Shown here piece by piece: positions 1-10,259 of a stretch of 64,000 nucleotides of DNA. The stretch is from Candidatus Binatia bacterium (lineage in GTDB: Bacteria > Desulfobacterota > Binatia > HRBIN30), in the NCBI GenBank assembly GCA_038245295.1, contig JBBRSP010000010.1, positions 64,001 to 128,000 of the forward strand, in the 5' to 3' direction. The translations under genes were made by a program, and so were the position numbers. The number at the start of each line of letters is the position of its first letter. Within the stretch, counting starts at the first letter, position 1. The notes beneath the pieces were generated by a model, which saw only the letters and a program-made list of their open reading frames with translations, did no database searches and was not told where the DNA came from.

Positions 1-162
1 GCAGCGGCGCGCAAGCTCAAGGCCCCCGCGACGCTGGCGCATGGGCGCGGCGACCGACGCCAGGCACTTGTCCTAGGCCAAGAGGCGCACAGTCAGGCGG
101 AGAAGTTTCAGATTCCCCTGCTGGTGGCAGACGCGATGATGTTGAACAGCGTGATGACGTAG
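1..162 (+). CDS. 3' end of an unidentified CDS entering from the left edge
   Basis: Frame 1 is open from base 1 to TAG at 160-162; product not recognisable. Confidence 0.35.
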   Translation, partial: AAARKLKAPATLAHGRGDRRQALVLGQEAHSQAEKFQIPLLVADAMMLNSVMT

Positions 163-282
163 GAACTCCGCGACGCACAAGGCTCATCGATCCGCCGATT
201 TCTGGTTGGCGGCGCCACGTAGAATTGGTAGCAACGGACCGCGCCTAATCATCGGCGGGAGGCGCAGGACTGGGAGGTATCA

Positions 283-1557
283 ATGAGCAACGCCAATGCT
301 GCGGGCACGCTGGGGTCGAAGGGTCAGGCCGGGGCCGACCCATACTCGATTGCGCTCGACAAGATCGATGTATCGGACTCCGAGCTGTTCGAGACCGACA
401 CCCACTGGGGCTATTTCGAGCGTCTGCGCAACGAAGACCCGGTCCACTACTGCGCCGCCAGCGACTTCGGCGGATACTGGTCGGTCACCAAGCTCCACGA
501 CATTCTGACCGTCGAAAAGGATCCCGAGACGTACTCGTCGGCCAGCTCGATCGTCATCGGCGACATCCCACCCGAGTTTGCGCTCTCACCGGGATTCATC
601 GCCATGGACGGGTCGCGCCACACGGCACATCGCAAGACCATCTCGCCGGTCCTCGGGCCGCGCAACCTCACCCTGCTCGAGCCGCTGATCCGGGAGCGCG
701 TCATTCATATCCTGGACAGCCTGCCGGTGGGCGAGACGTTCAATTGGGTCGACGCCGTGTCGATCGAGCTGACGACGGCGATGCTGGCGACGCTGTTCGA
801 CTTTCCGTACGCCGACCGCCGCCGTCTGACGTACTGGTCGGACATGGCCACCGCGAGCCCCGCCCTCGTCGGTGCTACCGGCGTTAGCGAGGCCGAACGG
901 CGCGCCGCACTCGAGGAGTGCCTCGAGGTGTTCCAAGGCCTGTGGCGCGAGCGCGAGGGGAAGGAGACCGACAAGCTCGACTTCGTCACCGCGCTGGCCA
1001 ACGGGGCGGCGACACGCGACATGTCGCCTCTGGAGTATCTCGGAACGCTGGTCCTGCTCATCGTCGGGGGCAACGACACGACGCGCAACTCGATCTCCGG
1101 CGGTGTGCTGGCGCTCAACCAATATCCCGCGGAGTACGACAAGCTGCGCCGCGACGTCGGGCTGATTCCCAACATGGTATGCGAGATGATCCGCTGGCAA
1201 ACGCCGCTGGCGCACATGCGCCGTACGGCAACCCGTGACACCGAGCTCGCCGGCAAACACATCAAGAAGCGCGACAAGGTCGTGATGTGGTACGTCTCGG
1301 CCAATCGCGATGAAACCGCCATTCCGCACGCCAACGAGTTTCAGATCGACCGCAACAACGCGCGCGATCACGCGTCGTTCGGCTGGGGAATTCACTTTTG
1401 CGTCGGCAGCCGTCTCGCCGAGATGCAACTACGCATCCTGTGGGAAGAGATCATAACGCGGTACACCAAGGTCGAGGTCGTCGGCGAGCCGGTGCGCGTG
1501 CGCTCGAACTTCGTAAAAGGCTTCACCGAGCTGCCGGTGCGGCTGACGCCTCTCTGA
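283..1557 (+). CDS. Cytochrome P450, CYP153-like
   Basis: I-helix LLIVGGNDTTRNS, ExxR (EMIRW), heme motif FGWGIHFCVG; GGAGG RBS upstream. Confidence 0.92.
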   Translation: MSNANAAGTLGSKGQAGADPYSIALDKIDVSDSELFETDTHWGYFERLRNEDPVHYCAASDFGGYWSVTKLHDILTVEKDPETYSSASSIVIGDIPPEFALSPGFIAMDGSRHTAHRKTISPVLGPRNLTLLEPLIRERVIHILDSLPVGETFNWVDAVSIELTTAMLATLFDFPYADRRRLTYWSDMATASPALVGATGVSEAERRAALEECLEVFQGLWREREGKETDKLDFVTALANGAATRDMSPLEYLGTLVLLIVGGNDTTRNSISGGVLALNQYPAEYDKLRRDVGLIPNMVCEMIRWQTPLAHMRRTATRDTELAGKHIKKRDKVVMWYVSANRDETAIPHANEFQIDRNNARDHASFGWGIHFCVGSRLAEMQLRILWEEIITRYTKVEVVGEPVRVRSNFVKGFTELPVRLTPL

Positions 1558-1730
1558 CCTTCGGTGCACCCGGTACGCAAAGGCATGCCAAAGAGGACGC
1601 ATTGCCGACGTTCTTGCCCGTGCCCTTGCCGTTGCCTGGCTCGATGGTGGTTCCACCTTGATCGCGCAACGGCGAGAACACGGGCAACGGCAAATGAGAA
1701 CCGTTACCTCAACGAGAGTGCCCTACTCAC

Positions 1731-2627
1731 CTAGGCGAGCGTCGCGTCGGCGCGCGCCTGCCATGCCTCGAGCAGGCCGCGGTCATCGTGGTCCCACGGG
1801 TGAAACCTCGGGCGGAAGAAATCGAAGAACTGCGGCGCCGAGTGCAACAAGACGCCCGGCGATACGAACAGGAAGCGCAAGATCTGCCCCCAGGCTCGCG
1901 GGCTGAAGCCCTGGCCATCGGTGCGCAGGAATCGCGCCGTCAAGCGCAGTGTATCGAACGTCAACAAGCTGGACATGATCACCAGCGCCGACGCGCGCTC
2001 CCACCAGGTTCCGCCCACGGCTTCGAAGACATCGTAGGCAACGGCCTTGTGCTCGATCTCCTCGGCGGCGTGCCAGCGCCATAGTTTGGCGAACTCCGGC
2101 TCCACATCCGCAAAGATTCTCTCGTCGTCGAGCACCTGATGTCCGAGCGTCGCCGTCAGGTGCTCGAGCGCCACGGTGATCGCCAGCGCATAACGCGGAC
2201 CGTTGAACCACGTCTTCTTGATGCTGCTCAGCATCTTGAACGTCCCGGCGAGATCCTTCTTGCACGCCTCTTCGACCGACTGAACGTCGTAATGGTTCTG
2301 CACCGTCGCATCGTAAGCGAGGTGCTCGCGCGTGTGCACCGCCTCCTGGGCAGCGAAGCGGCGCATCTCCTCGAGCAATTGCGGGTCGTCGATCTGGTCT
2401 TTGAAGGCCATGACGCTCTTGATGAAAAACGTCTCGCCGCCGGGGAACGTCGGCGACAACGCGTGCAGCAACAAGGTCGCGGCGTTGCCGCCCATCCAGC
2501 GCTTGGCACGCTGCGCGTCGAGGTGCAGCGCGGGGCGGCGGATGATGATCTCGGGCCGCGGCAGGTCGTCGTGTTTGCGCTCGACTGTCGTGGACCAACC
2601 GGTGGAAGCTTCGTTGGAGGCGGTCAT
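1731..2627 (-). CDS. Predicted metal-dependent hydrolase (ferritin-like, Metal_hydrol type)
   Basis: FPGGETFF, QEAVHTREH, LEHLTA, WHAAEEIEHKAVAYDV and FHPWD motifs; start codon uncertain. Confidence 0.8.
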   Translation of the reverse strand: MTASNEASTGWSTTVERKHDDLPRPEIIIRRPALHLDAQRAKRWMGGNAATLLLHALSPTFPGGETFFIKSVMAFKDQIDDPQLLEEMRRFAAQEAVHTREHLAYDATVQNHYDVQSVEEACKKDLAGTFKMLSSIKKTWFNGPRYALAITVALEHLTATLGHQVLDDERIFADVEPEFAKLWRWHAAEEIEHKAVAYDVFEAVGGTWWERASALVIMSSLLTFDTLRLTARFLRTDGQGFSPRAWGQILRFLFVSPGVLLHSAPQFFDFFRPRFHPWDHDDRGLLEAWQARADATLA

Positions 2628-2854
2628 TAGACCCGCCTCATGGACCGCCGCGCCGCGCCGCGCAACCCCGATCGGTCTGGGCATGAACTCAAGTGGCCAA
2701 ACCGGTTGTGCCAACGGCGATCAAACGACAACGGCCGTCCGGAGGGTCTCCACCCGTTGCGGGCAAGGTTCCGTCTCCGGGCGCCACGGAGTGGCGCGCT
2801 CCGAGTAGAGCCCATCGGCGGGCGTGGATCCCACACTAAGACGCTATTAAGGAT

Positions 2855-4189
2855 TCAGAACGGCCCACCCACCGGAAAACGCACCGACACGACGCAGCCG
2901 CCCTGCGGTCGATTGGCGATCTCGATGATGCCACCGTGGGCTCGCGCGATTCCCTTGGCGATGCTGAGGCCAAGGCCGGCGCCGGACGTCGTGCCGGGCA
3001 GTATCGTGGCGCGATAGAACGGCTCGAACACCTGGGCGAGCTCGGCGGCCGGCACACCGACGCCTTCGTCGGCGACCGAGACCTGGATCCCCGCCGACGA
3101 GCCCGCGGCCCGCAGCTGCACCGAGCCGTGCGTCGGGCTGTGGCGGATGGCGTTATCAAGGAGATTGCTGAACAGGCGGTACAAATCACCGGCGTTGCCG
3201 AGCAGGGGCAACGCGCCGCTCGTCTCGACCGCGATCGTCACGCCGCGGGTGGCGGCCGCATCCGCCCACGCATCGGCCAACTCCTGCAGTACCTCACTCA
3301 GATCGAGCCTCGCCGTCGCCCGCATCTCCGGCTGCGCCTCCAGGCGCGCCAGCGTCAGGAGGTCCTCGGCGAGTCGGCACAGTCGCTCGGTACTGGCGTG
3401 GGCTTCGTTCAAGGCGGCGCGATAGTCCGCGGCCGTGCGTTGACGCGACAAGGCCAGGTCGAGGCCGGTACGCAGCACGGCGAGCGGCGTGCGCAACTCG
3501 TGCGCCGCATGCGCCGAGAAGCGCTGCAGTTGAGTGACGTTGGCCTCGACACGATCGAGCATACGGTTCAACACCGTCACCATGCGCCCGACTTCGTCGT
3601 CCGGATTGTCGATGTGTACACGCGTCGACAACGTCGCCACCGCCAATGCCTCCAATTGATCCGACGCCTGCGCCAGCGGTCGCAAGGCGCGACCGATCAC
3701 CAACCAGAGACCGGCGCTGAGGAGCAACAGTCCGGCCGGAATTCCGATCAACAGCAGCAGCGTCAGTCGCTGGGTTGCATGCAACGCCGCGTCGGCGCGC
3801 GCCGCGATGGTCACCTCGACGATCTCACTGCCAACGCCGGCACGACGGCTGGCGATACGCCGTCCGCCCGGATTCGAACGCAACTCGGCCTGCGCTCCGT
3901 CGGGAATTTCATCGAGGAGCCGGCCATTCCGAACGACGACGATCATCTTGCCCGCCCCCGTGTCGGTCTCGGCGGCGATCCGCTGCAGCAACCCGCGCAT
4001 TCCCTCCGGAGCCGCCGACTTGGCCAGCATGGCCGCCACCGTGTCGGCTTCTTCTTCGATGGCGATATCGATGTCGCGCACCAGGCGTTCGGCAAATACC
4101 CGAACCAGCAACCAGCCGGCGGCCATCGAAGCGGGCAGTAGGAGGGCGATGACCCAGACGATCACCCGCAGCCGCAGCGAACGTTTCAC
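2855..4189 (-). CDS. HAMP-domain sensor histidine kinase (CusS/CzcS-like)
   Basis: Two TM segments, H-box AHELRTPL, N-box NLLDNAIRH, G-boxes DEGVG and GAGLGLSI. Confidence 0.93.
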   Translation of the reverse strand: MKRSLRLRVIVWVIALLLPASMAAGWLLVRVFAERLVRDIDIAIEEEADTVAAMLAKSAAPEGMRGLLQRIAAETDTGAGKMIVVVRNGRLLDEIPDGAQAELRSNPGGRRIASRRAGVGSEIVEVTIAARADAALHATQRLTLLLLIGIPAGLLLLSAGLWLVIGRALRPLAQASDQLEALAVATLSTRVHIDNPDDEVGRMVTVLNRMLDRVEANVTQLQRFSAHAAHELRTPLAVLRTGLDLALSRQRTAADYRAALNEAHASTERLCRLAEDLLTLARLEAQPEMRATARLDLSEVLQELADAWADAAATRGVTIAVETSGALPLLGNAGDLYRLFSNLLDNAIRHSPTHGSVQLRAAGSSAGIQVSVADEGVGVPAAELAQVFEPFYRATILPGTTSGAGLGLSIAKGIARAHGGIIEIANRPQGGCVVSVRFPVGGPF

Positions 4190-4863
4190 CGTGGCTCCTC
4201 GCGCAGCGCGTAGCCGGCGCCGCGGATCGTCTGCAGCAGGCGCGGCTCGCCATCAGCTTCGAGCTTCTTGCGCAGGCGCGTGATGAACACTTCGATCAGA
4301 TTCGACAGGGAATCGTAGTGCTCGCCCCAGACGTGTTCGGCGAGCATGGTGCGCGTCACGACTTCACCAGCGTGACGCATGAGGAACTCGAGCACCGCGA
4401 ACTCACGCGCCGTAAGCTCCACCGGACGCGCGCCGCGGCGCGCTAGCCTGGCGAGGACGTCGAGTTCGAGATCGGCGAGACGCAGCACCATTGCCTGTGG
4501 CTGGCGGCCGCGGCGCAGCAGCGCACGCAAGCGCGCCACCAGCTCACTGAAAGCAAAGGGTTTACCCAGATAGTCATCGGCGCCGGCGTTGAGCCCCGCG
4601 ACACGATCCTGCACCGAGCCACGCGCCGTCAGCACAAGCACCGGCGTGGTCATCGCGGCGGCGCGTACTCGGCGCAGCAACTCGCTCCCATCCATATCGG
4701 GAAGACCGAGATCGAGCACCAGCGCGTCATAGGTGTTCAGCGTCAGTAGGTCCCACGCCGCCTGCCCGTTGCCGGCGAGATCAACCGTCCACGACTCTTC
4801 GGCCAGGCCCTTCTGCAAATATCCGGCGAGCGCCGCTTCGTCTTCAACCACCAGTAGGCGCAT
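4186..4863 (-). CDS. OmpR-family response regulator (CusR/CzcR-like)
   Basis: MRLLVVEDE, LDLGLPDMDG, GADDYLGKPF, winged-helix end LLQTIRGAGY; overlaps the kinase start. Confidence 0.95.
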   Translation of the reverse strand: MRLLVVEDEAALAGYLQKGLAEESWTVDLAGNGQAAWDLLTLNTYDALVLDLGLPDMDGSELLRRVRAAAMTTPVLVLTARGSVQDRVAGLNAGADDYLGKPFAFSELVARLRALLRRGRQPQAMVLRLADLELDVLARLARRGARPVELTAREFAVLEFLMRHAGEVVTRTMLAEHVWGEHYDSLSNLIEVFITRLRKKLEADGEPRLLQTIRGAGYALREEPR

Positions 4864-7800
4864 GCCTCGTCTCCGTCGTGTCGTGTGGCGCCAGGATGTC
4901 ATACAGCAGCGGGATGCCGATCAACGAGAACAGCATCGAAACCGAGACGCCGCCGAGGATGGCGATAGCCAGTGGTTGCTGCATCTGGCTTCCGGCACCG
5001 ATGCCGGCGGCGAGCGGCGCCAGACCGGCGAGAGCCGCCAGCGAAGTCATGAGAATCGGCCGCAGACGCACCGTGCCGGCTTCAACGAGAGCCTCGGACA
5101 ACGAGCTGTCGCCGGCCACGGCTCGGCCGGCGAAGTCGAGCAGGAGGATGCCATTCTTGGCGACGATGCCCACAACCATGATCATACCGACGATCGACGC
5201 AACATTCAGCGCCGTGCCCGTCAACCACAGCGCCGTCAGACTTCCCGACACCGCCAGGCTGCTGCCGAGGATGATCGCGATCACCGCGGCAAGCGATCCG
5301 AACTCGGCCAACAAGAGCAGACCGACACACACCAGCGAGCCGACGAAGACGAGAGCCAACTCCGAGAAGGCCTTTTGCTGGCTGGCGTAGAGGCCGCCAT
5401 ACTCGAGAGTCACTCCGGCCGGCAACACCAGCTTGGCGGCGAGAACACGCTGCAACTCGGCGGTCGCCGAGCCGAGATCGCGGCCGTCGAGACGTGCCGT
5501 AATACGAATCAGTTGGCGCAGGTTCTCGCGCGTGTGTTGGGTCGAAGGCGCTCCCGGACTGAGTCGCGCCAAGGCCGCCAGCGGCGCCAGGCGGCCGCCC
5601 GGTGCCACCAGGGTTGTCGCCGGCAGGGCGTCCAAGTTGCGAAAACGCTCCGGGTACCACAGCCGCAGGGGGATGGCGCGATCACCTTCGAGCACGCGGC
5701 CGACAACTCTCCCGGTCATCGCCGTCTCCAACCACTGCTGCACCGCGGCGGCGCTGAGGCCGACCAACTTGGCGCGCTGCTCGTCGACATCGACAAACTG
5801 TGTTGGTCCGACGACCGTGATGCCGTCGAAGTTGTCGACGATGCCAGGAATCTCGCTGAGTAGTCGACCAACCGTCCGCGCCGTCTGTTCGAGAACCCGC
5901 TGGTCCTTGCCGAACAACTTCACCTCGATTGGACTGGGGGCGCCGCTCAAATCGCCGAGCATGTCCTGAAGGATCTGGACGAACTCGACGCGCAAGCCCG
6001 GCACCGTGCCGTGGATCTGCTCCCGCACATCCTCGATGACGGCCTCGATCGAGCGTGATCGGTCGGCGCGCAGTCGCACGGCATAGTCGCCGCGGTTGGT
6101 TTCGGTCAGAAAGAACCCGAGCTCGGAGCCGGTGCGCCGTGAGAACGAAACCACTTCAGGCGTCGCCTGCAACACTGCGTCGGCCGTGGTCAGAAGCTTG
6201 TTGGTCTCTTCCACCGACGTCCCGGGTGGCGACCAGTAATCGAGAACGAAGGCGCCCTCGTCCATCTCCGGGACGAATCCGGTCTCGACATGTTGGTAGG
6301 CGACCACGGCGACGGCGAGGATGGCGGCTGTCGGGAAAAGTGCCACCCACTTGTGCGACAAGGTCCAGCCGAGAGTTGCGGCATAAAAGCGGCTCAACCA
6401 AGCCGCGATGCGATCACCAGGGCCCGCATGCGCCTGTCGCGCCGCATCGCGTTGCAGCAGCGCGGCCAACGCCGGCGTGAAGCTCAGGGCCAGAAATAAA
6501 GAGACCAACAAAGCCACCGCCATGGTCACCGCGAGTGGTCGAAAGAAGGCGCCGGGGATGCCGGTCAGCAGCGCCAGCGGCAAGAGCACGGCGACCGGTG
6601 TCAGGGTCGAGCCGATGAGCGGCCGAGTGATTTCCGCCAACGACAGGCGCAACGCGTCCGCCGCCGAGTGTCCGCTGATGCGGTAGCGGTGCAGGTTTTC
6701 GACGACAACAATGGCGTCGTCGAGCACCAGTCCAACCCCGGCGGCAATTCCACCAAGGGTCATCAAGTTGAAACTCATGCCGAGCAGACGCAGCAGCAGA
6801 CACGTAATCAGCACGGTGGCGGGAATGACGGCGGCGGCGACGATGGTGATTCGCACGTCGGCGATGAAGAAGAAGATTGTGACCACCGCCAGCAGAATGC
6901 CAACGATGATACTGTCGCGCACGCTGGCGACGGCGGCGTGCACTAGATCGGCCTGGTTGTAGAACGTCGAGAACTCGTACTCCGGATGCTGCGCCGCCAG
7001 AACGGTCAGACGTTGTGCGATCGCCGCAGCGATGTCGACGCTGTTGCCCGAAGCCTGCCGCGAGACACCGACCAATACCGCCGTCGTGCCATTGGCCGAG
7101 GCGCGGGTGAAGTCTTCGCGCAGACTGCTGTCGAGGCGCGCCACCTGCCGCAGAGTTACCGGGACACCTTGGTCTTCGGTGACGACCGTATCCAGCAGCG
7201 TGGTTGGCTCGGTGGCCTGGCCGCGCACGACGACGAGGGTCAGTTGGTAGCCGTCATGAACCCGGCCGCCGGCGGCGATGATGTTGGCATCGTGCAGAGC
7301 GCTCTCGACCTGGCTGAGCTCGAGGCGGTGTTGCACCAGCGCCTCCGGATCGACGGTCAGAGTGTACTCACGCACCTTGGCGCCGTTGAGCTCGACGCGA
7401 TAAACGCCGGGGATCGTGCGCAACTGCGGCGCCGCTTCGTACAGCACGAAGTCCGAGAGTTGAGCCAGCGAGCGTTGCGTCGAAGAGACCGCCACGCCGA
7501 CAATCGGGAACGCCGAGCTATCGAGCAGGCGCGCCTCGATCTCGGTCTCCGCCGGCATACCGCTGCGTGCCTCGTCGACGGCGGCCTGCACACGCTGGAG
7601 AGCACGTAGCATGTCGGCGTCCCAGTCGAACAACAGATCGACCTGCGCGCCGCCGCGCGTCGTCATCGAACGGATGGTTTCGATGCCGGGCACGGCGGTG
7701 ACGGCGTTCTCCAGTGGTTGTGTCACCGCCGTCATCGTCTGTTCGATCGGCAGATTGCCGGTGCGGGCGATGATGCCGATGCGGTGGAACTCGACCTCCG

Positions 7801-7912
7801 GAAAGATCGCCACCGGCAAACGCAACGCGGCATACATTCCGGCCAGTGCCAGGACCAGGGTCGTGCCGAGAATCGCTGTGCGGTTGCGGCCGATGAAGTC
7901 GCCGAGATTCAC
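4844..7912 (-). CDS. RND efflux permease (CusA/CzcA/AcrB family)
   Basis: About 1020 aa; DDAIVVVEN, KNGILL and RLRPILMT motifs; GTG start chosen at VNLGDF. Confidence 0.92.
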   Translation of the reverse strand: MNLGDFIGRNRTAILGTTLVLALAGMYAALRLPVAIFPEVEFHRIGIIARTGNLPIEQTMTAVTQPLENAVTAVPGIETIRSMTTRGGAQVDLLFDWDADMLRALQRVQAAVDEARSGMPAETEIEARLLDSSAFPIVGVAVSSTQRSLAQLSDFVLYEAAPQLRTIPGVYRVELNGAKVREYTLTVDPEALVQHRLELSQVESALHDANIIAAGGRVHDGYQLTLVVVRGQATEPTTLLDTVVTEDQGVPVTLRQVARLDSSLREDFTRASANGTTAVLVGVSRQASGNSVDIAAAIAQRLTVLAAQHPEYEFSTFYNQADLVHAAVASVRDSIIVGILLAVVTIFFFIADVRITIVAAAVIPATVLITCLLLRLLGMSFNLMTLGGIAAGVGLVLDDAIVVVENLHRYRISGHSAADALRLSLAEITRPLIGSTLTPVAVLLPLALLTGIPGAFFRPLAVTMAVALLVSLFLALSFTPALAALLQRDAARQAHAGPGDRIAAWLSRFYAATLGWTLSHKWVALFPTAAILAVAVVAYQHVETGFVPEMDEGAFVLDYWSPPGTSVEETNKLLTTADAVLQATPEVVSFSRRTGSELGFFLTETNRGDYAVRLRADRSRSIEAVIEDVREQIHGTVPGLRVEFVQILQDMLGDLSGAPSPIEVKLFGKDQRVLEQTARTVGRLLSEIPGIVDNFDGITVVGPTQFVDVDEQRAKLVGLSAAAVQQWLETAMTGRVVGRVLEGDRAIPLRLWYPERFRNLDALPATTLVAPGGRLAPLAALARLSPGAPSTQHTRENLRQLIRITARLDGRDLGSATAELQRVLAAKLVLPAGVTLEYGGLYASQQKAFSELALVFVGSLVCVGLLLLAEFGSLAAVIAIILGSSLAVSGSLTALWLTGTALNVASIVGMIMVVGIVAKNGILLLDFAGRAVAGDSSLSEALVEAGTVRLRPILMTSLAALAGLAPLAAGIGAGSQMQQPLAIAILGGVSVSMLFSLIGIPLLYDILAPHDTTETRHAPTGG

Positions 7913-7928
7913 GCGTCGCTCCCGCGCA

Positions 7929-8885
7929 TCACTCGGCGTCCGGCTGCGGCGCGATGGCGGTGCCGTCAGGAAGGGCGTACTGGCCGTCCAACACAACCAA
8001 CTCGTCGGGCTGCAGGCCGTCCAGCACTTCGACCTCCTGATCCGTGCGCAGGCCGATGCGAACCAGGCGTCGCACGGCGCGGCCGGCGGTGGGCACCATG
8101 ACGAAGTCCTCACCCGGCGTCGCGGATGGCAGCAATGCGGCGCGCGGAATCAGGTTTGCATTGCCGTGGGCCTCAACCGTGATGCGGCAAACCACAGCGG
8201 CGTGCAGAAGCGCCGGCAACAACGGGGTCGCGAACTTGATACGCACCGGCACGGTTAGCGTCTGCGGATTCATCGCTCCGAGAATGGTATCGACCTGCCC
8301 GGCCAGAGTGGCCCCGCCGACCTGGATCTGCGTCGCCATACCGGGGCGCAGCGCGCCGGCATCGGGGAGAGCAACCTGCGCCAACACGTAGAGAGAGTCG
8401 GGCTCGTAGATCTCGAGCAGGACATCATTGGCCGCTACCTGTTCGTTCGGATTGTGCAAACGTTCGGCGACCACACCGTTGAACGGCGCGGTGACGCCGA
8501 TGTCGCGTTGCTTCAGGTCGCCTTGCAGGCGTTGGGCCAGTCGCGCCTCGTCGCCGTGCAGGGCTCGGGCATCGGCCAGCATTTGGAAGCCGTGCAGCGC
8601 CGCATCGTTTTCGAGCGGCACCACTCGTGCGGCCACCGTACCGCGCCCGACGTTGTCCCCCGGTCGCAACGTCAACATCGTTACCCGCCCTGCCACCGGC
8701 GAGGCCAGGCGCACGACGTTCAACGCCGCTGTTTCGCCGGTAGCGGTGATGACGCGATTGATCTCGCCGCGCCGCACGGGCGCGACACGGACTGCCACCG
8801 GAGCGCGGACAGCGACAGGCTCCGTCTCCGGCGCCTGCTGGCACGCCACCAGGGTCAGAAAGAGCAACAGGGCGCCGCGCTTCAT
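7929..8885 (-). CDS. RND periplasmic adaptor (membrane fusion) lipoprotein
   Basis: Lipobox LVAC, lipoyl-like halves SPVAGRV and APFNGVV, C-terminal EVLDGLQPDELVV. Confidence 0.88.
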   Translation of the reverse strand: MKRGALLLFLTLVACQQAPETEPVAVRAPVAVRVAPVRRGEINRVITATGETAALNVVRLASPVAGRVTMLTLRPGDNVGRGTVAARVVPLENDAALHGFQMLADARALHGDEARLAQRLQGDLKQRDIGVTAPFNGVVAERLHNPNEQVAANDVLLEIYEPDSLYVLAQVALPDAGALRPGMATQIQVGGATLAGQVDTILGAMNPQTLTVPVRIKFATPLLPALLHAAVVCRITVEAHGNANLIPRAALLPSATPGEDFVMVPTAGRAVRRLVRIGLRTDQEVEVLDGLQPDELVVLDGQYALPDGTAIAPQPDAE

Positions 8886-10132
8886 GGGCCAACCTTTCCA
8901 AGGATCTGATCATGGCTCGCCAGGGTAACTCGGTAAGCCAGTTGCGCCCGCACCACGGCCAGTTGCGCTTCGACCGATTGCGTCAGGGCATCCAGCACTT
9001 CGAGAAGACGAACGTTGCCGCCACCGAGGTAGCGAGCCCGCGCCACCTGGTAGGCTTCCGCCGACTGCGGCACGGCTCGACGCCACGCTTGTTCCTCGTC
9101 CTGGGCCCGACGCACTTCGATGAGACCGTGCGCTAGGGCGTTATTGATCGTTTGACGCGCCTGCGCGACGCCCGCTTCGGCGTGCGCGACAGCCGCGCTG
9201 GCGGCGGCGGTGCGCGCCGACACGGCGCCGCCGTCGTACAGCGGCATGGAGAAGCCAAGCAGAATGGCGGCGCCGGCATTGTCCTGGAACGTAGTGTCCG
9301 GAACCACACCGACGAAGCCGGTATTGGCGCTCACCACAACATGACTGCGCCATTCGCTGCGCACGGCGTCGACATCGCGGCGGGCTGCCTCAACGGTTGC
9401 GTGTGCGTCGGCGAGAAGCGGACTGCTCTCAACGTTGTCGGCATCGGCAGACGCCGGCGGGCTTGCGATTGGTTCGCGCAGGTCGGGAATTGTCAGACTA
9501 ACGCCCGTCAGGCTCTGCAAGTCGACCAACGCCGTATCGCGCGCCGCCGCCGCGTCACGTGCCGCACTGCGAGCCGCTTGCAGCGCCAATTCGCCGCGCA
9601 GAACATCATTGCGCGGAGCCGCTCCGGCCACCTCGAGGCGCTGCAGGAGACCGAGGTAGTCGCCCAGCGACACAACCGAGGCATCGTGAATCGCCGCCTC
9701 GGCCTGGCCGGCGATTGCCGAGAAATACGCGACGCGTGTCGACAGCGCGAGATCGGCTCGCCGTTGCTGAGCAAGCGCCTCGGCAGAATGGAGTCGGGCG
9801 CGTGCCGCGGCGAACTGAGCGTCACGCAGGCCGCCGTCGAACAAGGTTGCTTCGACGCCGAGCGTCGCCGCCGTGCTGCCGCCGTTGGTGACGGCCCTGT
9901 CGTAGCCGGCAGAGCGCCCGTATTCGGATTGCAGTTGCAGGCGTGGAGCGTAGGCCGCCCGCGCAGCGCGTACGAGCGCGGTCGACGCATCGACATCAGC
10001 ACGTGCCGCGCGCGTTGCCGGAGCGTGTTCGAGGGAGAGGGCGACGCACTCATCGATCGTAACGGCGCTCGCGCCGCGAACCGCAACGCCCAACGAACCG
10101 ACAATGCCCAGGAGGAACGAATGTAACCGCAC
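8882..10132 (-). CDS. TolC-family outer-membrane efflux protein
   Basis: Signal peptide, repeated OEP pattern (TLFDGG; MPLYDGG; ARYLGG..LLEVLDA); first gene of the RND operon. Confidence 0.88.
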   Translation of the reverse strand: MRLHSFLLGIVGSLGVAVRGASAVTIDECVALSLEHAPATRAARADVDASTALVRAARAAYAPRLQLQSEYGRSAGYDRAVTNGGSTAATLGVEATLFDGGLRDAQFAAARARLHSAEALAQQRRADLALSTRVAYFSAIAGQAEAAIHDASVVSLGDYLGLLQRLEVAGAAPRNDVLRGELALQAARSAARDAAAARDTALVDLQSLTGVSLTIPDLREPIASPPASADADNVESSPLLADAHATVEAARRDVDAVRSEWRSHVVVSANTGFVGVVPDTTFQDNAGAAILLGFSMPLYDGGAVSARTAAASAAVAHAEAGVAQARQTINNALAHGLIEVRRAQDEEQAWRRAVPQSAEAYQVARARYLGGGNVRLLEVLDALTQSVEAQLAVVRAQLAYRVTLASHDQILGKVGP

Positions 10133-10155
10133 GAGTTGTGGCTAGCATGCAGCCC

Positions 10156-10204
10156 CTGAACCCAGCGTGAACCGGACCTGAAGATTCGTTCAGGTCCGGT
10201 TCAC
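10156..10204. promoter_or_regulatory. Perfect 16-bp inverted repeat with 11-bp-spaced (C/G)TGAA direct repeats upstream of the efflux operon; possible response-regulator site and/or terminator
   Basis: GTGAACCGGACCTGAA-gattcg-TTCAGGTCCGGTTCAC at 10167-10204. Confidence 0.5.
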
Positions 10205-10259
10205 CGTAAAGCGGGAGCAACGCCGGCTAACGTCGCTCCCGCGTCGTGGTCGGCCTCGG

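Noticed and set aside
1612..1710. TTGCCCGTGCCC / GGGCAACGGCAA hexamer hairpins (also ~29371-29450) as an ncRNA or riboswitch
   Set aside because: Simple-sequence intergenic palindromes; no TPP or other riboswitch consensus seen, even upstream of thiD
7913..8113. N-terminal extension of the RND permease
   Set aside because: Overlaps the adaptor gene; the GTG at 7912 gives a normal length
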